In this document: in pieces, positions 13,112 to 25,574 of the stretch | How the letters are laid out: every line of letters begins with the position of its first letter | Numbering within the stretch: position 1 is the first letter of the stretch | Source: Mobula hypostoma | Taxonomy: Eukaryota | Assembly (NCBI RefSeq): GCF_963921235.1 | Contig: NC_086107.1 | Span: 95,356,001-95,420,000 of the forward strand | Direction: 5' to 3' | Length of the DNA: 64,000 nucleotides | Translations under genes and position numbers: made by a program | Notes under the pieces: model-generated | What the model saw: only the letters and a program-made list of their open reading frames with translations | Told to the model about the DNA's origin: nothing | Database searches by the model: none

Positions 13112-13559
13112 ACTGGGGATCCTGGGCAGGGAGGCAGGGATGATACTCAGGTATAGACAAATGCAACAAAACCTCTTGGGGATGTTAAATCTAACATTGG
13201 TTTCAGTAACATAGAGGTGACAAGTTCCAAGACAGACAGAGAACATGAGCCCTAGTAGGCCAGCAGTAGAGACGGTGCCTCTTGGCACCAGAGACCCAGC
13301 TTCAGTCTCCACCTCTGTCACAGGTGGAGGGGCTTGGGGATGGCTGTTGCATTCAATGGCTGACAGGGCCACGAAAGGCCTGTGTCTGATAAGAGGAAGG
13401 CGAACTACTGAGTTTGTGTTGGGCAGCAGGGGAATGAGATTGGGGATAGAGAGGTCAGTGTGGGAGAGTGAGAGGACTTGGAGGGAGGGTGAGACAGAGG
13501 GGCTTCTTCAGCCAGGGCACTGAGGACAGGAGTCATGTTACATCTGTGCAAACGGTCGG

Positions 13560-13995
13560 AGAGGCCCAATTTGGAGTATTGTGCGCTGTTCTAGTCACCC
13601 AGCTATAGGATGGGTGGGATTAACCTGGAGAGGGTGCAGAAAAGATTCCCAGGGCTGGAGGGCTCGAGTTACAAGGAGAGACTGGACAGGCTGAAACTTT
13701 TCGTTGGAGCCAGAGAGGCTGAGATTTTTAAAACCACAAGGGTTGTACTTAAACTGCATGTCCACGTCTCCCTCCCCTAGGGTAGGAGAGTCTCAGACTA
13801 GAGGGCACAGGTTTGAGGTGAGAGGGGAAAGGTTTAAAAGGGCAGGTTGTTAGAAGGTAGTGGGGATATGGATCACACTTCCAGAGGAAGTGGGCGAGGC
13901 AGCTACAGTTAAAAGGGACATAGAGTGGAGAGGTTTAATGGGCCAAACACGAGCCAATGGGACTAGCTCAGATGACAGTCTTGGTCGGCATGGAA
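13560..13995 (+). mobile_element. Old CR1 3' fragment
   Basis: ttggagtattgtg..ttctagtcacc, ctagagggcacaggtt and the CR1 3' end. Confidence 0.7.
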
Positions 13996-16640
13996 TCTCA
14001 GCCCTTCTAGTCCGTGCCGAACTCTTACTCTCACCTAGTCCCACCGACCTGCACTCAGCCCATAACCCTCCATTCTTATCCTGTCCATATATCTATCCAA
14101 TTTAACTTTAAATGACAACATCGAACCTGCCTCAAACACTTCTGCTGGAAGCTCGTCCCACACAGCTACCACTCTCTGAGAAAAGAAGTTCCCCCTCATG
14201 TTACCCCAAAACTTTTGCCCTTTAACTCTCAATTCATGTCCTCTTGTTTGAATCTCCCCCACTCTCAATGGAAAAAGCCTACCCACGTCAACTCTATCAA
14301 ACCCCCTCATAATTTTAAATACCTCTATCAAGTCCCCCCTCAACCTTCTATGCTCCAAAGAATAAAGACCCAACTTGTTCAACCTTTCTCTGTAACTTAG
14401 GTGATGAAACCCAGGCAACATTCTAGTAAATCTTCTCTGTACTCTCTCAATTTTGTTGACATCTTTCCTATAATTCGGTGACCAGAACTGTACACAATAC
14501 AATACTCCAAATCTGGCCTCACCAATGCCTTGTACAATTTCAACATTACATCCCAACTCCTATACTCAATGCTCTGATTTATAAAGGCCAGCATACCAAA
14601 AGCTTTCTTCACCACCCTGTCCACGTGAGATTCCACCTTCAGGGAACTATGCACCATTATTCCTAGATCCCTCTGTTCTACTGCATTCTTCAATGCCCTA
14701 CCATGTACCATGTATGTGCTATTTTGATTAGTCCTACCAAAATGTAGCACCTCACATTTATCAGCATTAAACTCCATCTGCCATCTTTCAGCCCACTCTT
14801 CTAACTGGCCTAAATCTCTCTGCAAGCTTTGAAAACCTACATCATTATCCACAACTTCACCTATCTTAGTATCACCTGCATACTTACTAATCCAATTTAC
14901 CACCCCATCATCCAGATCATTAATATATATGACAAACAACATCGGACCCAGTACAGATCCCTGAGGCACACCACTAGTCACTGGCCTCCAATCTGACAAA
15001 CAGTTATCCACCACTACTCTCTGGCGTCTCCCATCCAGCCACTGCTGAATCCATTTTACTACTTCAATATTAATACCTAAAGATTGAACCTTCCTAACTA
15101 ACCTTCCATGTGGAACCTTGTCAAAGGCCTTACTGAAGTCCATATAGACAACATCCACCACTTTACCCTTGTCAACTTTTCTAGTAACCTCTTCAAAAAA
15201 TTCAATAAGATTTGACAAACATGACCTTCCACGCACAAATCCATGTTGACTGTTCCTAATCTGGTTCCCTTATGTCTTTTGAACAATTATCTAATAAATA
15301 TAACTTATCAAGAATACATTTTTTTAGATATTTACAAGTTAGAAATTTCCTAAGTACTATACTTTCTTCCTTTCCAATGCTTCCTCCTACATATATTTTA
15401 GATTCGATAATTAACCTCAATCCATGTCAGAAAGGTGCATCAGCTATGATTTATAATATTATTATGAAACTTAGGAAAGCTCCATTTGATAAGATTAGGG
15501 TAGATTGGGAACAGGAATTGGGGCTTACCATTTCTGTGGATGATTGGGGGCAGATTTTACAATTAGTTAATACTTCCTCTATTTGTGCTAAACATTCCCT
15601 AATTCAGTTTAAAGTGGTTCATAGAGCACATATGTCCAAAGATAAGTTAGCGCGTTTTTACTCGCATATTAATCCTTTCTGTGATAGATGTTCGGGGCAG
15701 ATAGCCTCTTTAACTCATATGTTTTGGTCTTGCCCTACTTTGGAAACTTTTTGGAGAGATATTTTTAATATTATTTCTAAGGTATTAAATATAGATATCT
15801 CTCCTCACCCTATTACTGCTATCTTTGGACTACCTAAAATTTCTAGTAATCTTTCCCCTTCAGCCCGTAGAACGATTGCATTTCTTACTTTAATGGCGAA
15901 AAGATGTATTTTACAACATTGGAAAGAGCTTAATGCTCCAACTACCTTTTTTTGGTTTTCTCAGACGATTTTATGTTTGAATTTGGAGAAAATTAGAAGT
16001 AACCTTTATGATTCTTCATTTAAATTTGAACAGATTTGGGGATCTTTTATTCGATATTTTCATTTAATGTAATATTTACCCTTCTTGTTTTTTTTTTCAC
16101 TGTTTTTAATGGAGATCGGGATTGAGGACGTGATTTTAAGTTTAACTCTGTTTGGTTTCAAGTTAGCCCATTGCTTTGCCTTGCTTTTAGTTAGTTGCAC
16201 GGTGGGTTTTTTTGGGGGTTTTTTTTTTCTTTTTTTCCATTGATATATATAAAATTTAGTATACTATTATGTTATCTTGGTTTCTTATGTTTAAATTACA
16301 TTGTTTGTAGTATTTTTTTTGGTATTGATACCTTTTGGAATTTTATTATACTTTAACATTGTATTAATGTTTATATGGCTTACCTTTTTTGTATACTTAC
16401 TCAATAAAAAGATTTAAAAAGAAAGAAAGACTGTTCCTAATCAGATCCTGTCTATCCAGATGATTATATATACCATTTCTAAGAATACTTTCCATCAATT
16501 TACCCACCACTGACGTCAAACTCACAGGCCGATAATTGCTAGGTTTACTCTTAGAACCCTTTTTAAACAATGGAACAACATGAGCAATACGCCAATCCTC
16601 CAGCACCATCCCCGTTTCTAATGACGTTTGAAATATTTGA
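13996..16640 (-). mobile_element. Young CR1 LINE (RT domain and 3' end), interrupted by L1
   Basis: 279-aa ORF with MDFSKAFDKVPH, SGVPQGSVLGPMLF and KYAGDTKIG (catalytic YADD mutated to YAGD); frameshift from a 5-bp caata duplication near 14500. Confidence 0.95.
15262..16428 (+). mobile_element. 5'-truncated L1-clade LINE (ORF2 C-terminal zinc-finger region, 3' UTR, A-rich tail) with 14-bp TSD
   Basis: 266-aa ORF with FFRYLQVR, IQFKVVHR and CDRC..HMFWSC; AATAAA plus (gaaa)n tail; TSD gactgttcctaatc at 15248-15261 and 16429-16442. Confidence 0.92.
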
Positions 16641-16644
16641 AAAA

Positions 16645-17002
16645 CCTGATTGCATGAATATTGATTTCTCCTTCCAGTAAAAAAATCCCCCCCCATCCTT
16701 CTTCTATTTCCCACTCTGGTCTCCTACCTCTTCTCACCTGCCTCACCCTCCTCCCTCCCCCAGTGCCCTTTCTCCTATGGTCCACTCTCCTCTCCTATCA
16801 GATTCCTTCCTCTCTAGCCTTTACCTTTCCCACCCACCTGACTTCACCCATCACCTTCTGTCATCCTCCTCCCCCCAACTTTTCATTCTGGCACCTTCCC
16901 CTTCCTGTTGAAGTGTCTTGGCCTGAAACGTCGACTGTTTATTCATTTGCATAGATGCTGCCTGACCTGCTGAGTTCCTCCAGCATTTTGTCTGTGTTGC
17001 TT
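16645..17002 (+). mobile_element. Penelope-like 3' end / pLTR
   Basis: gcatgaatattgatttctcc, pyrimidine tract, ggcctgaaacgtcgactg, gctgagttcctccagcattttg. Confidence 0.75.
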
Positions 17003-17004
17003 CT

Positions 17005-18560
17005 ACCATAAGTTGCACAATCAATTAAGTGATTTCACAAAAACCCAGAAGCAGAAGATGCATAAAGTAAAACGAATAATAAAATCTTCCTCATGGTCTT
17101 TTGAGGGTAGTGGCAATGTTTGCTTTTTACGTTGGAAACAGTGATTTTAGCTTTTGTGGTCTTTCTGCTATACAACCCTCTAAGACCTAAGTAGAACAAT
17201 CAAATGAATGATCCCAAAACACACAGCAGCATAAGATAGATAAAGTAATGCCATTTAGCCATGTTTTAGAGGAAAGTAGCAATGTATGCTTCTCCATCCA
17301 GAGACACCAATTTATCTTGTGTGATCTCTTTGTTACACAGCTGCATATAACTTTTAAGATTTAAATAAAATCATCAGCATAAGATGAATAAAATAAAAAT
17401 GTTTAAAACAAGTTTCCACATGTTTTTTGAGGGAAGTACAATGTGTGTTTTCTACTCTGGAAACACTGATTTATCTAATGTGGACTTCTTGTTCTACAAC
17501 TGCACGTAACTTCTAAGAGTTGCACAATCATTAAACAATTCCACATATTCAGCAGGATATAATATATAAAATAAAGTTGTTTAAAACAAGTTTCCACGTG
17601 GTGTTTTTGAGGAAATTGGCAATGTTTGTGTTTTGTTGTACTCTCTAAACACTGCTTTAACTTTTTGTTATTCAACTGCACATAACTTCTGACATTTAAA
17701 GTAAGTTGCACACTCAAATGGCAGTGGATTCTGGTTAATCGGGCCATCGGTTAATCAGTGCCAGCACTTCTCTGGACAACCCTTAAAGAACAAACACTAA
17801 TCAAGAAAATAGCTGGAATTCCCTTTGTTTATTTGGCACACTACGCTGCTTAATTGGGGCAGTTTCTAACGAGCATCAGTCAAATGCACTGGCGTGGCTG
17901 TTAGACACTACGCAATGCTTCCAGTTTGCACATTGTGCCTTTGAGGAAGTTGGCCATGTATGCTTTTTCTGAAGTTGTCTTTATGTTATATAACTCACAC
18001 TTAATTGCACATTCCAAACCACTAAACAGAATATGATACATCGAATAAAGACATTTAAAATAAGTTTCCCAGTAATGTTTCTGGGGAAAGTGCTAGTATA
18101 TGCTTTTATTTTTGTCTGGAAACTTTGATTTTGCTTTTGTGGCGCCTTTGTTATACAACTCATGTAACTTTTAACATCCAAGTTACACAATCAAAAAATG
18201 ATGTCATAGCACTCAGCAGCATATGATCTATAAAATAAAGTTGTTTGAAACAGTTTCCATGCAGTGTTTTTGAGAAAAGTAGAAATCTATGCTTTTTACA
18301 CTGGAAACATTGGTTCATCTTCTGTAGCTTTACTACAGTAAGTATCTTCAAAGACTTAAGTTGCATAACCAGGTAAATGATTCCAAAACACTCAGCAGCA
18401 TAAATCCATAAAATAAAGCCAATTGAAGCAAGTCTCCACCTAATGTTTGAGAGAAAAGTGGCAATGTATGCATTTAGCTCTGGAAATTTGATTTAGCTTA
18501 GGTGTCCCTTTTGTTATACAAGTATACATAGCTTCTCAGTCTAAGGATGTTTAAGATATA
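17005..18560. repeat. Degenerate AT-rich tandem repeat, ~165-bp unit
   Basis: Recurrent blocks aagttgcacaatc, cagcagcata..ataaaataaa, gaggaaagt..caatgt, ctggaaacactgattt, ttgttatacaactgca. Confidence 0.7.
17721..17920 (+). mobile_element. Probable Tc1/mariner (pogo/Tigger-like) MITE left end
   Basis: Starts cagtggattctggttaatcggg, a Tigger-like TIR start; it interrupts the AT-rich array. Confidence 0.45.
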
Positions 18561-19209
18561 TTTGTCTAAAAGAATATTCCTCTGTAATAGCTATTCACTT
18601 CCTGGGCCAGGGGAGATCAAGAGAGGGAGAGAGAAACAAAGATGGGGGAGTGAGAGAATAGAGGGAGGGTGGGTGGAGAGGGGCAAAGAGAGAAAGAGAG
18701 CGAAACAAGTAAATTGGGACACACACAAACAGAGGGAGAGGTCTCTCCTCACAACAGGAGTGCCATACTTTGGGAAGTCAAACCAGGGTAGGGCCCCGGG
18801 GAGTGCTGTAGGACAGAGAGACCAAGGAATACAGATATATGATTCACTGAAAGCAGAGGCACAGGTAGACAGGGCAGGGGCCTTTTGTTTTTCTTTTGCA
18901 AAGCTTAGCTTTTTAAACATAGCAGCTGCCTCTTGTAAAGACCAAAGAGTTGTAAGTTAAACTTCCAACTATATTCTTTAGCTGCTGGTTGTAAACGGGA
19001 GCCAGTCTTCAGTTTTTAATGTCAAAGGCAAGCAATAATCAGTGTGAAGTTGAAAGGACAGCTTTGCAAGTGGACACACTATCTATAGAAAGCAAGATGT
19101 TGGGTCACACCACTTGGACTGATTTCTCAAGAGCTGCAATGCAAGGCAATGCAGGTGTTAATTTTGCTTTTTTAAAACTAGTTATTTAGTTCAACAACAG
19201 ATGGATACA

Positions 19210-19535
19210 AGTTGATATTGAGACCTAGGTCTTGGACCTTAGTGACTACTTTTGAGGGGATGATAGTGTTGAATGCCAAGCTATATTCAATAAAAAGCAA
19301 TCTGATGTATGCATCTTCACTGTCCAGATGTTCCAGAGCTGAATGAAGAGACAATGAAATGGCATCAGCCGTGGACCTGTTGTGCCGGTAGGCAAACTGG
19401 AGCATATCCAAGTCACTTCTCAGGCAGGAGTTGGTATGCTTTATAACCAACCTCTCAAAGCACATCATCACAGTGGATGCAAGTGCTACTGGACGATAGT
19501 CATTGAGTATGCTACCACGTTCTTCTTGGGCACAG
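19210..19535 (-). mobile_element. Rex1 RT fragment
   Basis: MMCFERLV..DMLQFAYRHNRSTADAI..RLLFIEYSLAFNTIIP. Confidence 0.85.
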
Positions 19536-19599
19536 TATGTTTGAGTTCACAAATGCAGTTTCCCTTTGAGAAAGAACAAACAATGTGTTGGGCTGTAGA

Positions 19600-22500
19600 C
19601 AAAACTGAAAGACAGGGCCCTGAGGACCCCACTTCCTACCATCCTCCTGGCTAATAGCAATCTCTGGAAAATCAAACTGAAAACCTCAGAGCAAGATTGC
19701 AGTACCAGTGGGACATCAGGTACCGTTGTATACTTTGCTTCACAGATACATGGCTCACCCCTAGTACTCTGGAGCAGTGATTCATCTTCCACTGAATGGA
19801 CCGTGCAGCACCATCATGGGGGTGTTTGCTGTATGATTAACTCATTATGGTGCACAGGCATGACAGTTCCGTCTCAGTCCTGATCCCCCGACCTGGAATG
19901 TCTCACAGTCAAGTGTCATTGATTCTATGTGTCCTGGCAGTTTTCCACTGTGATTCTGGGTCCAGTGTACATTCCACCTCTAGCCAACGTCAGGCTGGCA
20001 CTGGAGGTGCAGATCACCATGATCAGCAGTCACAGAACAGCACACCTTGATGCCTTCCTGATCATTGCAGGGATCTTCGACCAGGCCAGTGTGAAGAAGA
20101 CTCTGACCCACTGCCACCAACATATCACCTGTAGAATCAGGGAAACCAACACACTTGACCACTGTTATACTGTACCACCATTACAAATGCTTATCGGCCT
20201 TCCTACACCCACACTTTGGAGAGTCCCATCATCTGGACTCTCTACTCCTGGCATACAGACAGAGACTGAGGACCGCAGCAACAGTGGTAAGGATCACAAA
20301 GGTATGGTCAAGGGAAGTGGGGGTCTTTCTGGACAGCTTTGGATCAGTGGACTGCACAGTATTCAGGGATTCACCCTTGGAACTGAATGAATACACCACA
20401 GTTGTCACTGACTTCATCAAGGCCTGTGTGGATGAATGTATGCCTTCAAGGACATACCAGACATACCCAAACCAGTAGTTGTGGATGAGCCATGAGAGTT
20501 GCAGTCTGCTGAGGGCTAGAACTGTGATCCAGGACTCTATAACAAGTCCAGATACAACCGATGGAAAGCTATCTTAAGAGCAACAAAGCAACTCAGAGTG
20601 ACATTAGAGACTGAATCGGATGCACATCAGCTCTGGCAGGGTTTGCAGGCCATTACTTCCTACAAGGCGAAATGTAACATTATAAATGGCTCCAATGTTA
20701 TGAGCTCAACACCTTTTATTCACACTTTGAATGAGACGATGAACGAATAGGCTGTACCAATCCACACAGCATCTGGCAACCCTGTGTCACCTGTCCCAGA
20801 GGCCGGTATCAGAACGTCTTTGAAGAGGGTGAACCCTCACTAAGCATCAAGCTCTGATGGTGTACCTGTTAGATAACTGAAAACCTGCGCCAACCAGCTG
20901 GCTGACATGTTCAAGGACTTCTTCGATCTCTCACTGCTGCAGATCTCTCACTATTCCCACCTACTTTAAAAGGGCATCATTCCCACTTGTGTCCAGGAAG
21001 AGCAGGGGAGCTGCTTTAACTATCGCCCAGTTGCACTCACACCTACTGTGATGAAGTGCTTTAAGAGGTAGATCATGGCTAGAATTAACTCCTGCCTGAG
21101 CAAGGGACTAGACTTAAGCCTGATTTATACTTCTGCGTCAACTCGACGTCATTACCTACGCGCATTGTGAGCATTTATACTTGTGCGTTGGTGTGTCTGC
21201 GTTGCTCTGCAATTCAGGCACGTCGCGCATGCGCACACACCTGCCTGCGCAAGGCTTCATGGTCATGGTAGTCTTTCTCGGGGTAAACAAGTTTAAAGCA
21301 AGCGTCTTTTTTCGTAAAAGCGAAATGTGTCCTCCATAATTTCGGAGGTCTGTAAAGTTTTATGGAAAGCATTGCAGCCAGAGTTCCTTCCCTGCCCTTC
21401 AGTCGCCCAATGGGAAGCTATTGCAGTGTAGGAGGAAATGCGATGCTACCAAGCGGACCAATCACTGTTGTTGCAGTCTGTGTTACCGCGATGCGTAGTT
21501 ACATTTTGGCAGAGGCGTACGTCAGGCTCTGGCGTAGGGATCCACGTCGGTTCTGCATAAGGTTTGTGGCAACGCAGTACTTATGACGTCACGTTGACGC
21601 AGAAGTATAAATCAGGCTTTACTGCAATTTGCCCAAAAAGCGTCAATAGCAGATACAGTCTCACTGGCTCTCCACTCTGCCTTGGACAACAGCAATACCT
21701 TTGTCAGGCTTATTGATCACAGCTCAGTGTTCAACACCACCACCCCCTCAGTGCTAATCAAAAAGTTTTGAAACCTAGGTCTCGAAACCTCTTTCTGCAT
21801 TTGGAACCTTGACTTCCTCATCAGAAGACTAGTCAGTGTAGATCAGACATAACTTCTCCTCCTGGCTGACAATCAGCACTGGAGCACCTCAGGGGTGTGT
21901 GCTTAGCCCACTGCTCTACTCTCTCCACACCCTCAACCGAGTGGCTAGGCACAACTCAAGTGACACCTATAAATTTGCCATTGACACAACTGTTGTTGGC
22001 AGAATTTCAGATGGCGACGAGGAGGCGTACAGGAGTGAGACAGATCAGCTGGTTGAGTGGTATTGCAATAGCAAACTTGTACTCAACATCATTAAGGCTA
22101 AGGAATTGATTGTGGACTTCAGGAAGGGGAATCGAGGGATGACACACCAGTCCGCATCGAGGGGTCAGCAGTGGAAATGATGAGCAGCTTCAAGTTCCTG
22201 GTGTCAATATCTGTGAAGGTCTACCCAGGGCCCAGCGTATTGACGCAAGTACATCAGTGGCTATATTTCATGAGGATTTTGAGGAGATTTGATATGTCAC
22301 CAAAGACTCCAGCGAGTTTCTGCAGATGCACTGGGCAGAGCATTCGAACTGGTCGTGTCACGGTCTGCTGTGGAGGGGCCACTGCAGAGGATCTGAAAAC
22401 ATTGCAGAGGGTTGCAAACTCAGAGCGAACCTCCACACCATCGAGGGCACCTTCAAAAGGCGATGCCTCAGAAAGGCAGCATCCATCGTTCAGGAGCCCC

Positions 22501-22875
22501 ATCACCAAGGACATGCCCACTTCTCATCACTTCTCATCAGTTCATCACCTCTTCCCATCACTTCTCATCAGTTCATCACCTCTTCTCATCACTTCTCATC
22601 AGTTCATCACCTCTTCTCATCACTTCTCATCAGTTCATCACCTCTTCCCATCACTTCTCACCAGACAGGAGGTACAGGAGCCTGGAGACACGCACTCAAC
22701 ATTTCAGGAACAGCTTCTTGCCCTCCACCATGAGATTTCTGAAAGCTCAATGAACCCATGAACATTAGTTTTGCTCTTTTTTGACACTACTTATTTAACT
22801 TTTTACCTGTTTTTCTTATTGTAATTTATAGTACATTGCACTGTCTTTCACGACAAATTTCATGACATACATCGG
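19600..22875 (+). mobile_element. Decayed near full-length Rex1 LINE (APE plus RT), with a MITE insert and an internal tandem expansion at ~22518-22660
   Basis: VYIPPLANV..IIAGIFDQA..TLDHCYT (APE); LSPLLYSLHT..KFAIDTTVVG (RT); RNSFLPSTMRFL. Confidence 0.85.
21117..21618. mobile_element. PIF/Harbinger-type MITE, 502 bp, perfect 26-bp TIRs, TTA TSD
   Basis: TIR agcctgatttatacttctgcgtcaac at 21117-21142 and its reverse complement at 21593-21618; tta at 21114-21116 and 21619-21621. Confidence 0.9.
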
Positions 22876-22886
22876 TGATAACAAAC

Positions 22887-23186
22887 AGGAACAAATCTGC
22901 GGATGCTGGAACACCGGAGCAACACACACAAAATGCTGGAGGAACTCAGCTGGTCAGGCACCTTCTGTGGAAAAGAGTAAACAGTCGATGTTTCCCCCTC
23001 TCCCCATTTCACCTGTCACCTACCACCTTGTACTTCCTCCTCCGCTCCCCCCACCTTCTTACTCCGACTTCTCTCTTCCTTTCCAGTCCTGCCGAAGGGT
23101 CTCGGCCTGAAACGTCGACTGTACTCTTTTCCATAGATGCTGCCTGGCCTGCTGAGTTCCTCCAGTGTTCTGTGTGTCTTGCTTCA
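22887..23186. mobile_element. Short Penelope pLTR-derived insert (inverted ends) with 12-bp TSD
   Basis: gtgataacaaac at 22875-22886 and 23187-23198; hammerhead-like agtcctgccgaagggtctcggcctgaaacgtcgact. Confidence 0.8.
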
Positions 23187-23824
23187 GTGATAACAAACGT
23201 GATTGTGAATCTGATTCTGGCTCTATGATCAACTTGAGGTGAATTATTTTTCTCTCAGGTTACCGAGGCTCAAGGTTAGTCAGACCAGGTGGACTGGAGC
23301 CAGTTTCAAGGGCTCGGTAACCGAAGCCTGATTCCATGCCTATGTTTGTAATTTCATAGCTTGTCTCCTCCTGTCAGCATTCCTGTGCTCGGGGGACAGC
23401 ACGTTTCCCCCTAAACCATCATAAAATCAATAAAGTTTGGCCTTTTTGGTCAGGAACCACTGCAGGAAGCCAGAGGTTAAAGTTCATCTGGTATGATAAG
23501 GTCGTTGCCGAGGTGCTGACCTTGTCATGGGTGTAGCAGACAGGCCTATCCATAAAGGGCAGAAGCTGCAATGCCTTTCACTTGATCTGGACAACAGTCT
23601 CTGGATAGTCGGTACTTTTTCCAGTGGCTGAAGATCTCTGCGAATACTTTTAAAAGCCTCTTCCCAATGTGTGAAACCAGCGCTGGATGCCTTCCCAGAA
23701 TTCCCAGACACTCCTCCCAGAAGCACCAGTGTCCAGCACAACCCTTCCCACAGTGACAGCACCCGGTTGCAGAGAACCCCTGACCCCTGCCCACTGCACC
23801 AGTACGAAGGACTCTCCCCTCAGT

Positions 23825-24205
23825 CTAGTGACCCGTAAGCGTGAGTGTGGCGGGAGCTGAACGGCAAACAGGAGGGTGAATGGAAAAGCAGGAGGCAGGT
23901 AAAACTTTTCTTGACACAGGGCGTGGCTGGAGCCAAATGGCAAACAGGAGACAGGCGGCAGGCAACACTTATCTTGACATGGAGAGACAGAGTTACACAG
24001 GTAAACCTTGAGACTGAAGTAAAATTTAGAATACACAATTCTAAGCGGCTGGGAACGTGAATTACCACACTGGCAGAAACAATGATCTGGCGATGAGTGG
24101 ATGCAAAGCCGGGGTATTTATGCAGCAGGTCTAGATGAGAATCAAATATGCCGCAATCAAAGGGAATTAGGAGAATATGGGGAGTTAACGGTTGGGATCG
24201 TGACA
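23825..24205 (-). mobile_element. Probable Gypsy-type solo LTR (3' end not clear)
   Basis: Minus strand begins TGTCACGATCCC, with a TATA-like cataaata followed by a typical R/U5-like region. Confidence 0.55.
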
Positions 24206-24329
24206 CTTAGATAACCTTCTCACTGTCCACCACAACCTCAAACCCACGACGTTACTACCCACGCCAACTATAATCCCATCCAAATCAAGTCAACCCTCCA
24301 CTATCCTCCCCGGAGCCATCAGGCATTTT

Positions 24330-24860
24330 TGCATCCCATTGGCCAGCTCTGCCCAGATCCCAGACTACCCTACCACGCAGGACTTTATTAGGAATTTGGC
24401 TTGCAGCCCACTTCAACAACTACCAGCCTGCCCTTCTAAATCCTCCTGATCATCTCTTCAGAACACTCAATCAATTTCATGAGACAGTGTTTCCCATACT
24501 GACCCTTCCTTTCCAAATGCACATGGATCCTATCCCTTAGACACCACTGACGAGCCCACTGGCCTGGAGTTACTTGGCTTGTCCTTGCCACTCTTCTTAA
24601 ATAGAGACACCATGTTTGCCATCTTCCAGTCTTCTGGCACCTCTCCTATTGCTGGCAATATAACTATCTCTATCTGGGCTCCTGGAATTTCTCCCCTGGT
24701 TTCCCATAACGCACTTGGTTAGGCCCCTGGGGATTCAACCACCTTTTTGTGAGTTAAGACCACCTGCACTTCCTCTCTCTTCTCGTGGACATGATCCAAG
24801 CTATCACTATTCTCTCCCTGAATTCCCGAGCTCCCATGACCTTCTCCACATTTAATACAG
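24330..24860 (-). mobile_element. Old CR1 fragment
   Basis: ccagtcttctggcacctc and gagcccactggcctggagtt RT-region remnants. Confidence 0.6.
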
Positions 24861-24902
24861 ACGGCACGTGGGCAACAACAACTGTTGCTGAGGGGATTTT
24901 AC

Positions 24903-25015
24903 CTCTCTGAGTGTCGAGCCGAGGCAGGAACAGCTTCAGCACACGGGGGTGGGATACAGCTCAGTCCCAGTACCAGTCCCATCAGCAGCACTCGAGCATA
25001 GGACCAAGGCTCCAT
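24903..25015 (-). CDS. Signal-peptide exon of an unidentified secreted peptide precursor: MEPWSYARVLLMGLVLGLSCIPPPCAEAVPASARHSE(R/S), phase-2 donor
   Basis: Strong acceptor ttgtttcttgtttctctcacag| at 25020-25019; GTCATGG Kozak; hydrophobic core and A-E-A cleavage motif; donor GAG|gtaaaa at 24902-24901. Confidence 0.62.
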
Positions 25016-25574
25016 GACCTGTGAGAGAAACAAGAAACAACGGCCTGAATGTTCGTTTCAGGCCCGCGGTAAAACACAGGGCAGGCCCAATGTGAAACCA
25101 GTGGAGTTGCATTGTCCTTGATGCTGAAAACCTGAAGTAACAGCAGGAAATCTGGGAAATACTCAGCAGGTCAGGCAGCATCTGTGAGAAGAGACACAGT
25201 GAACATTTCAGGTCAAAGACCTGCTGTCTGAACTAGGAAGGAGACTAGTGAAGCTTGCTTAGCAGCAGGGAGAGTGGGAGAGTGGGATGTCACCCAGAGG
25301 GTGAAATTGGGATGATGTGCAGGTGGTAGCCAATGTTACCCAGTGAATGGGAACAGTTAGAGAATGAGAGCAGAGGCCAGAGAATGAGGCAGTTGAAAAA
25401 ATGTAGAGCAGGTAGGTGAATCCAATCTGATCGTGGCTGTTTGTGGTGAACAGGTCTCACCGGGAGTTTCTGGTTGTGGTCAGGAAATCTCTCATCCCTG
25501 CACTTCATGGAGATCTACCCCAGGGTGTTATACATTGAATAAAGGGTTCAATCTGTAAGGGGGATCTGGCGGCC

